Assembly: GCF_006345805.1 (NCBI RefSeq)
Contig: NC_043004.1
Coordinates: forward strand, 27,652,001-27,716,000
From: Octopus sinensis
Taxonomy: Eukaryota
Direction: 5' to 3'
Length of the DNA stretch: 64,000 nucleotides
The position numbers and the translations under genes are program-made. Positions 10,591 through 23,634 of this stretch are shown here, piece by piece. Under the pieces are notes generated by a model, which did no database searches, was not told the DNA's origin, and saw only the letters and a list, made by a program, of their open reading frames with translations. Each line of letters starts with the position of its first letter. The stretch's first letter is position 1.

Positions 10591-11290
10591 GAGATCCTCA
10601 GACAGGACTGGCCAAAATGTTTCTCCACACCAGACATTGGCATGAAACAAGAATATTTCATGTCTGTTGTGCAAGCCATATGCCAGAAATATGTCCCAGA
10701 GCACATGGCCAAAAGAAATAGGAACAAGATTCCAGGGGAGAGGAAGATCCTCATGAGATGACGGACGAAGGTTGGAAATTGACTCACCAACATCCCTAAA
10801 GTAGCGAAACATCCTGCCTAAAAACAACACTGATGGAAACTGAAAAAAGGCTGCAACAATCACATGCAAGGGAGAGAGCAGACTAAGAATCCTGGGTTAT
10901 AAAAAACATCAAGTCAAACCCAAAGGCCTTCTTTCATTACGCTAAAGAAACTGCCTTAGTACACTGCAAGATAGGATCCCACTTTCAAAAGGATGGCTCC
11001 CTCAACGACACTCCAACTAGGATCAGTGAAGTACTGAATGACCAGTTCAAAAGTGTTTACCACCCCATTGGAACACAGACAAGTGAACGAACCAGTGGAC
11101 TTCTTTTCTGCCTCACCTATAACCAGTGATGCAGTTATGATGGAATACCTTGACATTAGCAAAGAAGATATACTACTAGCCACAGATGAAGTGGACACAA
11201 ACTCAACTGCTGGTCCTGATGGTTTCCCAGCAATCCTCCTCGAATCATGTAAGTGTGCCCTGGCAAAACCCCTCCAGATTCTCTTGCAGG
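10591..11290 (+). mobile_element. CR1/L2-group LINE ORF2 middle fragment (between endonuclease and RT)
   Basis: KNIKSNPKAFFHY, SEVLNDQFKSVFT, STAGPDGFPAILL; homologous to 43530-44020 and 17155-17450. Confidence 0.85.
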
Positions 11291-11349
11291 GTCCTAACTA
11301 TGATGTTAATGTCATCCGCATCTAGATGACTGATAGAATCCGCATCTAG

Positions 11350-11478
11350 AGACTGATAGAATAAGTACTAGGCTTACAAAGAATAAGTCCTGGGGTCGAT
11401 TTGTTCGACTAAAGGAGGTGCTCCAGCATAGCCACAGTCAAATAACTGAAACAAGTAAAAGAGTAAAAGAGTAAGAGT
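11350..11478 (+). mobile_element. SINE family 1, 3' part
   Basis: GGTGCTCCAGCATAGCCACAGTCAAATAACTGAAACAAG plus (TAAAAGAG)n tail, as in the full copy at 44521-44930. Confidence 0.85.
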
Positions 11479-12344
11479 TACTCCATACATGATATTTATA
11501 GATTCTTAGGGGTACTTGATTAGAAAGGTCACTTGTATAAAGGCCCTTATAAATACTAAGATCAAGAAGGTAGAACACTTTAAGAAAGGGATAAATCAAA
11601 TAATTTCTAAAGACCATTTCAAACAATATTGCAATATTGTATTAAATTAAAATTTAGGGTTGTCCAGAAGATTATTAAGAATGATATTTTAACAAAAGGA
11701 TTAAAAATTTCTTTGAATACTTTTGAGTATATACCAAATTTTACCACAACAGAGGGAGGAAAAGAAATTACATAGAAATAGTTTAATATTTATACATCTA
11801 TTATATAAAATCTGTTCAGTCTGTGTCTTCTAGGATCTCAGGCATCCTCCATCCAATTGCACTCAAATTTGATATGTAGATACTGATGGTATCAGGGCAT
11901 GTATAAGTCTTGAAAAATTTACAAAAATCGATTCCAGGTGAGAATGCGATCGATAAAGCCATGGGAACGTGCATTTGTATGTGCAAGTACATCAGCTGTT
12001 GCGATCGATACTGCGTGTACATGAGAAAAATGCACATGCAGTTTGCGCAAAAAAAGCCAGCTGGCTTGAAATAATGCCACAAAATGCAGTATATTTAAGA
12101 AATCAAAAAAGTAAGATGCAAAAGAGATATTTTCTTCAAACTTGGCATGAAGGAAGGAAAGACTATTTGGTTTCTCAAGAAGTTTTTTTTTTGCTTTAAC
12201 TTTGTTTAACAAAACCAAAAATTTTATTGAAATAAAGGCATGCTTAATTATTTTTTAATGAAAAGAAAACACTGATTGCTTTTTATTCAATAGATATGAT
12301 TCAGCACTGTCCATTGGATGGGCTGGGGGGGGGGCATTTTGCTC

Positions 12345-12538
12345 GCATTATATATTTAAATATCAACTTATTAGATGGTGTCTATGGAGATTTATCAATT
12401 GGATTTTCCTGGTAATTAATAAAGTAGCACTGAGGCTCCTTTATTAATTACAAGTGCTTCTTTATTAATTACCAGTAAAATCCAATTGATCAATCTCCAT
12501 ATATACCATCTAAAGAGTTAATATTTGAATATATAATG
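12345..12538. repeat. Fold-back / MITE-like imperfect inverted repeat with about 85-bp arms
   Basis: CATTATATATTTAAATATC...AATAAAGTAGCACT is mirrored by AGTGCTTCTTTATT...TTGAATATATAATG. Confidence 0.8.
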
Positions 12539-12619
12539 TGTATAAATATTAAACTATTTCTCTGAAATTTCTTTTCCTCCCTCTATCTTCAAATTCCTTT
12601 TGCCACTGTTAATAGAATT

Positions 12620-13600
12620 AAAGTGCAATTCAAAAATCAAGGTAAAGAATCAACAGATTCTCATCCCGGCTGACCTGGGCCCTCGGGAAGGAAGCTTTGC
12701 TGTTGGAAAACGAACTTCATTCAAAGGCCTCTGACATTGCAAAACAGCTAGAAGTTAGTCCAAGAAAGTGTGTTACATCTCTGCACAAGTTTGGGTTTTA
12801 TGGACGAGCAGTTAGAAGAAAACCTCTCCATCAACCAATTAATATCCTGTAAAGAAAGAAATGGGCTAAGGAGATGTCAGGAAAATCCAGTTCATTGTGG
12901 GAGAGAGTGATTTTCTCAAATGAATCCAGATTTGCATTATTTTTAGACAGTGGATGTGTTTGGGTCTGGAGGCTTCCAAACAAGAGTTTGATTTGAAACG
13001 ACTGCAACTAATTGTGAAATATGGTGGTATCTCTGTAATGATATGGGGAGCTGTCATCAGCAATGGTCGTTCTGAGCTGATCGAATGTGTTGAAACCATA
13101 AACTCAGAAAAATACATCCAAATACTTAAGCAAGGACTACTTTCGATGTTTTCACATGGTAACATAAGGAAAAATAAGTTTTTATTCATGGAAGATGGGG
13201 TTCCATGCTACACACAACAAAAAGGAATTAACAATGGCTGACTGAAAATGGGACCAAAAAGCCTCCTTGGCCGAGCCAATCTCCTGACATGAACCCAATT
13301 GAAAATCTTTGGAGCACACTAGGTAGTATTATACATAAAAAATCGACAGAAACCTAAATCTAAAGATGAATTGTTTCGATTGTTGCGTAAAACGTGGGCT
13401 GAAATTCCACAAGAGACAATCACAAAACTCATCAGTTCAATGCCAAAAAGAGTTTCTGAAACAATATCTGAAAAAGGAATGTCAACTAAATACTAAAGTA
13501 TGTAGTCCTACCTAACGAGTACATGTCAATTGTTAGCTTTGTGTATTAAATAAAAGATTTTGAAAATTAAAGGTGTCTATTTACTTCCTGCATGTCTGTG
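12620..13600 (+). mobile_element. Tc1-family DD34E transposase pseudogene with putative right terminal repeat; left end not found
   Basis: RRKPL, WERVIFSNESRF, VKYGGISVMIWGA, FLFMEDGVPC, WPSQSPDMNPIENLW, ends TKY* at 13496; candidate TIR at 13571-13600 followed by TA. Confidence 0.9.
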
Positions 13601-13617
13601 TATATATACATACATGT

Positions 13618-13965
13618 ATCATCATCATCATCATCATCATCATCATCGTTTAATGTCCGTTTTCCATGCTAGCATGGGTTGGACGGTTCAACTGGGGTCT
13701 GGGAAGCTAGGAGGCTGAACCAGGCTCCAGTCTGATCTGGCAGTGTTTCTACAGCTGGATGCCCTTCCTAATGCCAACCACTCCGTGAGTATAGTGGGTA
13801 CTTTTTATGTGCCACCAGCACAGGGGCCAGAGGAGGCTGGCAACATCCACAATTAGATGGTGCTTTTTACATGCCATCGACATGGATGCCAGCCAAGGCG
13901 GCGTGAGCATCGGCTACGTGCGGATGGGGCTTTTTACGTACCACCGGCACGGGTATCACAACTAC
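13618..13965 (-). mobile_element. RTE LINE 3' UTR fragment
   Basis: (ATC)n tail, CCATGCTAGCATGG palindrome and degenerate copies of the 61-bp units. Confidence 0.85.
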
Positions 13966-14084
13966 AATTTCCATAAACATATGTATATATATAGTAATAT
14001 ATATATATATATATATATATAGATAGATGTACGTGTGATCTTTCGTTATTTTTCCCTCTATACCTACGTGAATTATTTTTGAGT

Positions 14085-14297
14085 ATACATTGTCTGGGAG
14101 ACTTTTCTTATAGTAGAGGAAATAGCTAAATTTTTTATCTGTATCTGCTATTTCTAAAAGTTCGGTGGGCAGAAAAGTAAATTTTTTTACTGAACCCTAA
14201 TTATGCAACATAATGTTTTAAATATACCGTAAATGGTCTTTTCACATACTGAACACTACTTGGTAAAATTATTAATTAATTTTACCCTTTTATTATT

Positions 14298-14305
<8 letters not shown>
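14085..14305 (+). repeat. Unclassified AT-rich dispersed repeat (second copy about 22980-23180)
   Basis: Collinear similarity: GGAAATAGCTAAA...CCCTAATTAT...AAATGGTC...CATACTGAA...TAATTTTACCCT. Confidence 0.7.
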
Positions 14306-14343
<38 letters not shown>

Positions 14344-14589
14344 GTATATATATTCATACATATATATATGTATATATATTGATACATATATATACAATGT
14401 ATATTGTGAATTTATGGAAAGAATTCCCATAAAATACATGATCTAATTAAAATTGGAGGAGACATGTTGTTTAAAGTATATAAGATTTTTCATTCTTGCG
14501 GACGATCATTTCATACAGAGGTATAAAAATAATAATGCAAATTCATGTTTGAATGAAATTAAAGTAAATTAATTGAATTAATTAAATAT

Positions 14590-15500
14590 GTTAATGTTCT
14601 CTTCAGTGCAAGAAGTTTAAACAAAAATTCAACGAACTTGAGAAGCATAATAGTAGAAAAATTGAATATAGGAGATTCATATTTTTATCCTCGTGAAAAC
14701 TGGATGTGAATCATGTTGGATAGTTAACTATAACTAAGCACTATAACGGTTATTTGAAGATATAAGTAAAGATGTATCAGAGATGTTCCCTCTTTAGATG
14801 AGGATGGAAATTAGAAAATTTTAGAAATAAGTAGTGTAGGGCAAAGTATGTTTTAGAAATGTCCAATGGAAAGACACTCCTAGGTCTGAATTTAAATATG
14901 AACTGACCATTGAAATCATTATGTAGTATGATGTACTTTTAAAAATTTTCTCACGTATAAGAACAAAGTTTATTGTAAGGAGATGGTATATAAAGAGTCA
15001 ATACTAGCTAGATAACGTACACAAATTGTAGGAGATATACAGAGGTAAAATGGTTAAAGATAGAATATGATGTATAAAAGGGACTTATGCATATATCAGC
15101 AGAGAAAATATATGTAATCATAAGGTATAGTGATAAGTAACATAAACCAGTAATAGTTAGAATGGGTATGATGAGAGGGGTTGGATAAAGAAATACAAAA
15201 GAAAAAAGGGGGCAGTTACATAGACACAATTGTGCAAAATATAATACAAAATATTATAGGTATAATACATACTAAGGAAAGATATAATTTCTTTTATCCA
15301 AACATATGGGGAGAAAAAAGGTATCAGGAGAGATAGATAATGTGATAGCCCTATATATGGTGGGTCATGCAATTGTTTAGAAGGAACTGTTAAATAAAAA
15401 ATTAACAAAGATAGTGTAAGATATAGTAATGTAAAGGGAATGTGATGTGTAATTATATTCCATAGAAAATGGTAATACAGAGATATATTTTTAAAAAGAA
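14590..15500 (+). pseudogene. Possible very old LINE endonuclease-region relic
   Basis: SARSL-NKFNELE (frameshifted) then ENW resembles the start of an APE domain; purine-skewed strand; the rest is unreadable. Confidence 0.3.
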
Positions 15501-15586
15501 AACCAAACTAAGCAAAAGAAGAGTGAGGAATTATCTACAATTTGATTCAAAAATTATACATTTATGAGATGAGAGAGTACCATAAT

Positions 15587-15979
15587 GCAGGCTTCCAAAT
15601 GTTGCTGTTTCTGATTTTCATTGAGTTCATATGGAACCCACTTATCCAAATTTTTCACTTTACTGATTTGAACTAGGTGAGTCAATATCATTTGCTTGCT
15701 AACACCAAACAACAGCGATAATTCACGGCCACTTTGAGATGGATCTGACTCGACAGTGGCTTTTAGTTCATCATTGTCTCCCTTTGTTTCTGGTCAACCG
15801 TGTTGCTCATTTGTGAGGACAAAGTTACCAGAAAGAAATTTTGCAAACCAATTTGATACTGTCTGCTGTGTAATAACATTAGAATAAAATGCTCCATTAA
15901 TATTCTAAGCTGTCTGTGATGCTGCATATCCAGGAAAGAACTCATATTTCAAAACTGTACGAATTTCCGACTTATCCAT
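15587..15979 (-). pseudogene. Mariner transposase N-terminal 131 codons (HTH region through WVPYEL)
   Basis: Manual translation MDKSEIRTVLKYEF...TVSNWFAKF...LDKWVPYELNENQKQQHLEAC with two in-frame stops. Confidence 0.9.
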
Positions 15980-16155
15980 CTCTAAACAAAAACAGCAAAA
16001 AACAATTTATAAATATTTTATAAAGTGCAAAATGAGTTAGAATAAAGAAGTAGATGTTTCAGCTCTCTAGCAAAAGAATAAAGATTGTCAAAATATAATA
16101 ATGGTGCAAAATGAGCAGCTGTCAAAATTTATCATATACCTTATTATAAATTTTA

Positions 16156-16365
16156 TACTGGACGAATAAATACCCGGTGTTGCTGAGGATTAAAATGGCA
16201 TAGCTTTTTATTGTTTTACTTTTTTCCATCATGTGACTGTAGCCATGTTGGAGCACAGGCTTCAGTTGAAAGAAATCGAACCAAGATTTATTCTTTGTAA
16301 GATTAGTACTTATTCTATTGGTTTGTTTTGCCAAATGGCTAAGTTAGGGGGACGTAAACACAGAC
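16156..16365 (-). mobile_element. Helitron-like 3' end remnant (16156-16190) next to a SINE family 1 3' fragment (16210-16365)
   Basis: Reverse complement GCAACACCGGGTATTTATTCGTCCAGTA resembles 59238-59263; SINE tail sequence follows. Confidence 0.55.
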
Positions 16366-16624
16366 ACACACATTCACCCCCCACCACACACATATAAATA
16401 TATATATATACATATATATATGTAAATAAATACAGATATATATATATATATATATAAATACATATAAATATATACATATACATGTATATACATATATATA
16501 TATACATATATATGTATATATATATACACACACATATATTATATGCATATATATGAATATAATATATATACATATATATACCATATATGTATAGTGTTGT
16601 GTATATATATATATTAAATATATG

Positions 16625-16655
<31 letters not shown>

Positions 16656-16795
16656 ATAGATATATTATACATATATGTTTATATACATCATATATATATA
16701 TAAATATATGTGTATTATATATATATATATATATGTATATATATGTACGTATATATATATATACATATATATGCATAGACATATATATAGACATA

Positions 16796-16841
<46 letters not shown>

Positions 16842-16954
16842 CACACATATATATATAGATATATATATATATATACTATACATTCATATACATATATATA
16901 CGTATACATATATATACATATACATATACATATATATACATACATATACAAAAA

Positions 16955-18978
16955 CAATATGGATATTATCCATAATGTTAAAGTGATGCCGACAATGATC
17001 TCGGATCACAACCTAATAGAGCTGCCTATGTATGGACCAAAAGCCCCCATAGACNNNNNNNNNNNNNNNNNNNNNNNNNNNNNNNNNNNNNNNNNNNNNN
17101 NNNNNNNNNNNNNNNNNNNNNNNNNNNNNNNNNNNNNNNNNNNNNNNNNNNNNNTCACAGGAAATCCAATGAGGATAAGTGAAATACTAAATGACCAAAT
17201 GTATTTTCACTCCATCAGTAGGGCACCCTCAAGTCAGCAATCCCAGTGACTTCTTTGCCACTGTAGATATAAAAACGGAGGCAATGATGATTGATTACAT
17301 CAATATAAAGGACGACGATGTAATAAGAGCTATAGATGAAATGAATCCAAACTCAGGTACTTGCCCTGATTGATTCCCAGCAATCCTTCTAAAAGTATGT
17401 AAGTGGGTCCCATCAAGACCACTGCTGTCCCTATTTCAGATCTTCCTTGCAACTGGCAAACTTCCAAGAAAACTGAAGGAGGGTAAAATATGCCCTATTC
17501 ATAAAAGAGGTAGCAGAGCGGAGGCCAAGAACTACAGACCTGTCTCTCTGACCTCACACATCAGCAAGGTCATGGAACAAATTGTCAGAAGGAAACTAAT
17601 CGCCTTCCTTGAAGAAAATAACTTGCTGCCTAACACCCAACATGGAAGAACCTGCCTAACTCAGCTCCTATAACATTATGACTGGGTGCTGAAACAACTG
17701 CTCAACCACTCAAATGTGGAAGTGATATATCTCAACTTTGCAAAGGCCTTTGATAAATTCGATCATGGAATAATATGTCACAAACTGTGTGATCTTGGCA
17801 CAGTTGGAAAATTGGGAGAATGGCTTCATGACTTTCTGAAGGATAGAAGTTAGGTGGTAGTAGCCAATGGGGCCACTTCCACTAACACGCAAATAGTGAG
17901 CGGTGTTCTGCAGGGCACTGTTTTGAGACCACTACTGTTCATAATGGCCCTCTCAGACATGCCCTCAACCACACAGAGAGCCATGATCACAAGTTATGCA
18001 GATGATACAAAAGTTTCACAGGTAATACAGGTACCTGAAGACACTATGCACCTGCAATGTAGCTGGATGAAATATACAAGTGGGCTGAAAAGAATAGCAT
18101 GCAGTTCAATGCTGAAATTTTCATGCTTTGTGCTCTCAGCTTGCAAAACTAAATGCAATACCCAATAAATACACTGGACTTGGAGGGATTGCAATCCCAG
18201 AGGCACAGTCAGTGCGAGACCTGGGCATTTACATGAGTAATGATGCAACCTTTCATGTGCATGTTGCTAAATTGGCAATGAAATGTAGGCGGCTGACCGG
18301 ATGGATTCTTAGAACTTTTAGAACAAGATGCCAGGAAACCATGATGGTCCCCGGGAGGACACTTGTCCTAAGCCACTTTGACTATTCCTCTAAGTGATGG
18401 TCACCAACCAGTGTCAAATTAATCTCAGAATTTGAGGCAATCCAACGAAGCTACACGAAGAAGGTAGGCTCTATGCAGCATATAAGCTATTGGGAAAGAC
18501 TCAAAAGATTAAGACTCTATTCCTTAGAGCGTAGGCGAGAAAGATATGCCATAATATACATCTGGAAGGACTTGTCCCAAACTTTGACATCGAGAGTTAC
18601 ACAAATACTAGAACTGGGCGCCACTGCATAGTGCTAAGGACTCCAAATTTGCCATCAAGATGTAGGACAAGATTCTGCAATAGCCTAGGTTTCAGAGGTC
18701 CACAGCTCTTCAATATCCTCCCAAAAGACCTGAGAGACCTGCATGGGGTGGATGTAGGTGTCTTCAAAATAATGCTGGACCTCTTCCTGTCAGGTGTCCC
18801 AGATGAACCGGCTTCATAGCAGGAGGTGCGGATGAGGGCAGCTACATCAAACTCTCTCATGCACAAAATATCAATTGCTAAAAAGCATTCATGAAGTAAA
18901 ATCATGTAGCAACACCAAATGGCGCTGCCCCAGCATGGCCACAGCTCATGATCTGAAACTAGATGAAATAGAAAAAAA
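16955..18978 (+). mobile_element. CR1/L2-group LINE ORF2 (endonuclease end, RT, 3' end) spanning the gap
   Basis: SDHNLIE before the gap; KNYRPVSLTSHISKV, NFAKAFDKFDHG, SYADDTKV, RRRERYAIIY and the 3' stem-loop after it. Confidence 0.92.
17055..17154. other. Assembly gap (100 N)
   Basis: Run of N. Confidence 1.
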
Positions 18979-19024
18979 TACATATATATATAATTATACA
19001 ATATATACATATACATATATATAC

Positions 19025-19160
<136 letters not shown>

Positions 19161-19170
19161 TATATATATA

Positions 19171-20885
19171 TTTTCTTCCTAGTTTCAGCTCAGAGCTGTG
19201 GCCATTCTGATGCACCCCCGTTTTGTGCTACAGTGTTATTACTAAGAGCCTCCTCTTATATGTGGCACTTGGTGAAGAATGGAGTTTGATATAACTACCT
19301 TCATTTGCACCTCTTACCGTGAGCTAGGTTCATCTGGGATTCTCGAGAGGAAGAGGTCCAGCTTTGATTTAAAACCCCCTTCATCTACTTTGTGCAAGTT
19401 CCTCAGACTCTTTGGGAGAATATTAAAAAGCTGTGGGCCCTTGAAACCCAGGCTGATGCAGTAACTGGTCCTGAAGCGTGATGGCATTGCTGGGATCTTT
19501 GACACTATGCAGTGTCATCCCATTCTGGCATTGGTGTTTCTTTCAATGCCAAAATTTTGCACAATTCCTTCCAGGATCTTCCAGACATATATTACTGCAT
19601 ACCTCTCCCGTCTTCTCTCCAGGGAGTAGAGTCTTAGCTATATCAACCTTTCCTAGTAGCTGAGCTGTTGCAAAGAGACGATCTTCTTTGTGAATCTTCT
19701 CTGGATTGCTTCAAGGTCCGCTGTTAATTTCACACTGGTAGGTGACCATAGCTGTGAGCAGTAATCTAGGTGGCTGAGGACGAATGACTGCCAGAGGATC
19801 ATCATGGTTTCCTTATCTCCGGTTCTGAATGTTCTTAGGATCCATCCAGCCAGTCGTCTTCACTTTGTCACCTGGTAATGTGCACTAGAAAAGAGGTATG
19901 ATCACTCATGTCGATACCCAGATCCCTCACTAACTTAGGCTCTGGGATTGAAGTTCCCTGTGGACCGGTGTACCCTGTAAGTTTAATATTCAGTTTTGGA
20001 TGCTGGTAGTGTAGCGCCTGGAATTTTTCAGCATTAAACTGCATATTATTTTCCTCAGCTCATCTGTAAATTGAGTCCAACTCCTGCTGCAGCTTTGCAA
20101 CATTGCTGGGGTTCTGTATTTTTTGCGAGACTTCCGTATCATCTGCATAGCTGGCCAGAGTGGCCATCTGGGCGTTTGAGGGCATATCTGAGAGGGCCAC
20201 TATAAAAAGCAGTGGTCCCAAGACAGTGCCCTATGGAACACCGCTCACTATTTGTGTGTTCATAGAGGTGGCTCCATTAGCCACTACTGCCTGACTCCTA
20301 TCTTTCAGGAAGTCATGTAACCACACTCCAAGTTTTCCAGCTATGCTGAGGTCACGCAGTTTCTGGCATATCATACCATGATTCACCTTGTCAAAAGCTT
20401 TTGCAAAATCAAGGTATATTACGTCCACATTTGATTTGTTGAGTAACTGCCTCAACACCCAGTCATAATGCTGTAAGAGCTGGGTCAGGCAGCTCCTACC
20501 TTGTCGAAAACCATGTTAGGTATCACTTAGCAAGTTATTTTCTTCAAGGAATGAGATTAGTTTTTTTCTGACTATCCGTTCCATGACTTTGCTGGTGTGT
20601 GAAATCAGAGAGATAGGCCTATAGTTTTTGGCATCTGCCCTACTTCCCCCTTTATGCATTGGGCATATTATTCCCTCCTTCAGCTTGCTTGGCAGTTTGC
20701 CATTCGCAAGAAAGCTCTGGAAGAGAATCTTGAGGGGTTTTGCCAGGGCATGCTTACACGCTTTGAGGAGGATTGCTGGGAAACCATCTGGACCAGCAGC
20801 TGAGTTTGTGTCCACTTCATCTATGGCTAGTAGGACATCTTTTTCGCTAATGTCAATACATTCTATTGTAACCGCCTCGCTGGAC
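19171..20885 (-). mobile_element. CR1/L2-group LINE RT and 3' end
   Basis: AGPDGFPAILL, KNYRPISLISHTSKVMERIV, YLDFAKAFDKVNHG, SGVP; 3' end at 19171-19225 resembles 1180-1230. Confidence 0.92.
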
Positions 20886-20891
20886 ATATAT

Positions 20892-21034
20892 AAGCTGGAC
20901 ATAAGAAGCATGCGATGTGGTGTGCAAGAGAGACGTTTACACTGCTATGGTCATGCACTGTGGATGGATGAGGAGAGATGTGTGAAGTTGTGCCACTCCC
21001 AAACAGTTGAAGGTATCAGGGGGAGAGGTAGATC
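20892..21034 (+). mobile_element. Short RTE C-terminal fragment fused to the 5' end of the next RTE copy
   Basis: LDIRSMRCGVQERRLHCYGH...GRGR duplicates a segment found later in the downstream copy (about 21810-21950). Confidence 0.8.
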
Positions 21035-22685
21035 CAGTCCTCAGCCCCCTCCTATTTATCATAGTCCTCCAGGCAATAACAGAGGAATTCAAGACAGGAT
21101 GTCCCTGGGAGCTCCTCTATGCTGACGACCTTGCTCTAATTGCTGAGTCACTATCAGAACTAGAGGAGAAAAATCAAGTGTGGAAACAAAGATTAGAATC
21201 GAAGGGCCTTAGAGCCAACCTCGCTAAAATCAAAGTCCTAATAAGTAGGAAGGCAGGCAAACCACAAATCCCTTCAGGTAGTTGGCCCAGCTCGATCTGT
21301 AGAAAAGGCGTAGGTAGAAACTCTATAAGATGTACCCAGTGTCAGCTATGGACACATAAGTGGTACAGAAATATCAAAGGAAGGCTAACTGAGAAGATAG
21401 TTTTTGTATGTGGCAGATGCTCGGGAGCGATAAACACTGAAAATGCGCAGTGACCAACTTCCGCTACATTCCAGGGAGAAAAACTAGAAGTAGTTGATAG
21501 CTTCCATTATCTAGGTGACCGAGTCAGTGGCGAACGAGGGTGCGCTGAATGTGTAGCTGCTAGAATAAGAATAGCTTGGGCAAAGTTCAGAGAGCTCTTA
21601 CCTCTGCTTGTAACAAAGGGCCTCTCGCTCGGAGTAAAAGGTAGACTGTATGATGCAGGTGTACGAACAGCCATGCTACACGGCAGTGAAACATGGGCTA
21701 TGACTGCTGAGGACATGTGTAAGCTCACAAGGAATGAAGCCAGTATGATCCGATGGATGTGTAATGTCAGTGTGCATACTCAACAGAGTGTAAGTACCTT
21801 GAGGGAAAAGTTGGACCTAAGAAGCATTAGATGTGTACAAGAGAGATGACTGTGATGGTATGGTCATGTGGCAAGAATGCATGAGGGTAGCTACGTGAAA
21901 AAGTGTCACACTCTAGCAGTTGAGGGAACCTGTGGAAGAGGTAGACCCAGGAAGACCTGGGATGAAGTGGTGAAGCATAACCTTCGAACATTAGGCCTCA
22001 CCGAGGAAATGACTAGCGACCGAGACTTTCGAAAATATGCTGTGCTCGAGAAGGTCCAGCAAAGGAGACCATAACCTATGGCCTATGCCAGGAGCGTAAC
22101 CAGCCCGCTTATGCATAACTTTTCCTTCTTTGGTCACTAAACTCTGTTTGCAAAGACCTGTTGAGGCAAGTGAAATCAAAATCAATTCGATGACTGGCAT
22201 CCATGCTAGCAGGGTGCAAAGAGCACCATATGAGTGTGATCATTGACAGAGCAGCTATTCATGTATGATCGTTACCAGCATCGCCTTACTTGCACTTATG
22301 CCTGTGCTAGTAGGGTGCCAAGAGCACCATCCGAGCGTGATTGTTGCCAGAGCAGCCAACTGGCTTCTGTACCTGTGGCACGTAAAAGGGCACCATTCGA
22401 GCATGATCCTTACCAACATCGCTTCACTGGCACCTGTGCTGGTGGCACGTGTAAAAAGATTCGAGCGAGGTCGTTGCCAGTGCTACCTGACTGGCCCGCA
22501 TGCCGGTGGCGCATGAAAAGGATCCACTACACTCACGGAGTGGTTGGCATTAGGAAGGGTACCCAGCTGTAGAAATTTTGCCAGATCAAGATAAGAGCCT
22601 GGTGCAGCCATCTGGCTCGCCAGCCCTCAGTCAAAATCATCCAACCCATGCTAGCATGGAAAGCGGACGTTAAACGATGATGATG

Positions 22686-22687
<2 letters not shown>
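21035..22687 (+). mobile_element. 5'-truncated RTE LINE with complete 3' end
   Basis: VLSPLLF...LLYADDL, 3' UTR with diverged repeat units, palindrome and (GAT)n tail. Confidence 0.95.
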
Positions 22688-22718
<31 letters not shown>

Positions 22719-22769
22719 TATATATATGTACATATATATATATACTTATATGTGTATATATATATTATG

Positions 22770-22955
22770 TTGGATCGTTAGCCCCTACATGCAATTTTTT
22801 CTCTCCTTGTTTCTTTTCTGTGTATCTTTCTGTCGAAGAGCGTAAGCTCGAAACGTAAAAGACTTGTTTTATTTCTATTCCTGAGCGCCATACTAATACA
22901 TTGTTTGTTTGTACTCCACCTGCCTTCGTCTTTTGTTTATTTTCGTAAACCTTCC
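22770..22955 (+). repeat. Penelope-type terminal-repeat-like fragment
   Basis: T-rich strand containing GAAGAGCGTAAGCTCGAAACGT, a hammerhead-like arrangement typical of PLE termini; family assignment inferred. Confidence 0.4.
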
Positions 22956-23184
22956 GTTTTTTAGCTATTTCCACTACTTAAAGAAAATTTCTCTCAGATA
23001 GTGGAAATAGCTAAAAAACTTTTTTGGCTGCTATATCTAGAAAGTTCAGTATGTGGCAAAGTAATTTATTTTACTAAGCCCTAATTATATAATGTAATAT
23101 TTTGAATTCGCCTTAAATGGTCCTTTTACATACTGAATACTTGGTGAAATTGATTAATAACTAATTAATTTTACCCTCAATTGT

Positions 23185-23236
<52 letters not shown>

Positions 23237-23237
23237 T

Positions 23238-23268
<31 letters not shown>

Positions 23269-23603
23269 TTATGCGTGTGTATATATATGTATATATATAT
23301 ATATACTTATGTGTGTGTATATATATATATATACTTATGTGTGTGTATATATATATATATACTTATGTGTGTGTATTTATATATACTTATGTGTGTATAT
23401 ATATATATATATATCTATATATATATATATACACTTATGTGTATATGTATGTCTATATATGTACACTATATGTATGTATATATACATACACTCTCCATAT
23501 ATATAGTTATGTATATATATGTATATATATATATCTATATATGTACATTATATATATGTATTTGTATGTATATATACATACATTCTCCATATATATAGAG
23601 ATG

Positions 23604-23634
<31 letters not shown>

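Noticed and set aside
11880-12150. Cys-rich frames that might be a zinc finger or piggyBac C-terminus
   Set aside because: No consistent C2H2 or piggyBac spacing; stops in all plausible frames
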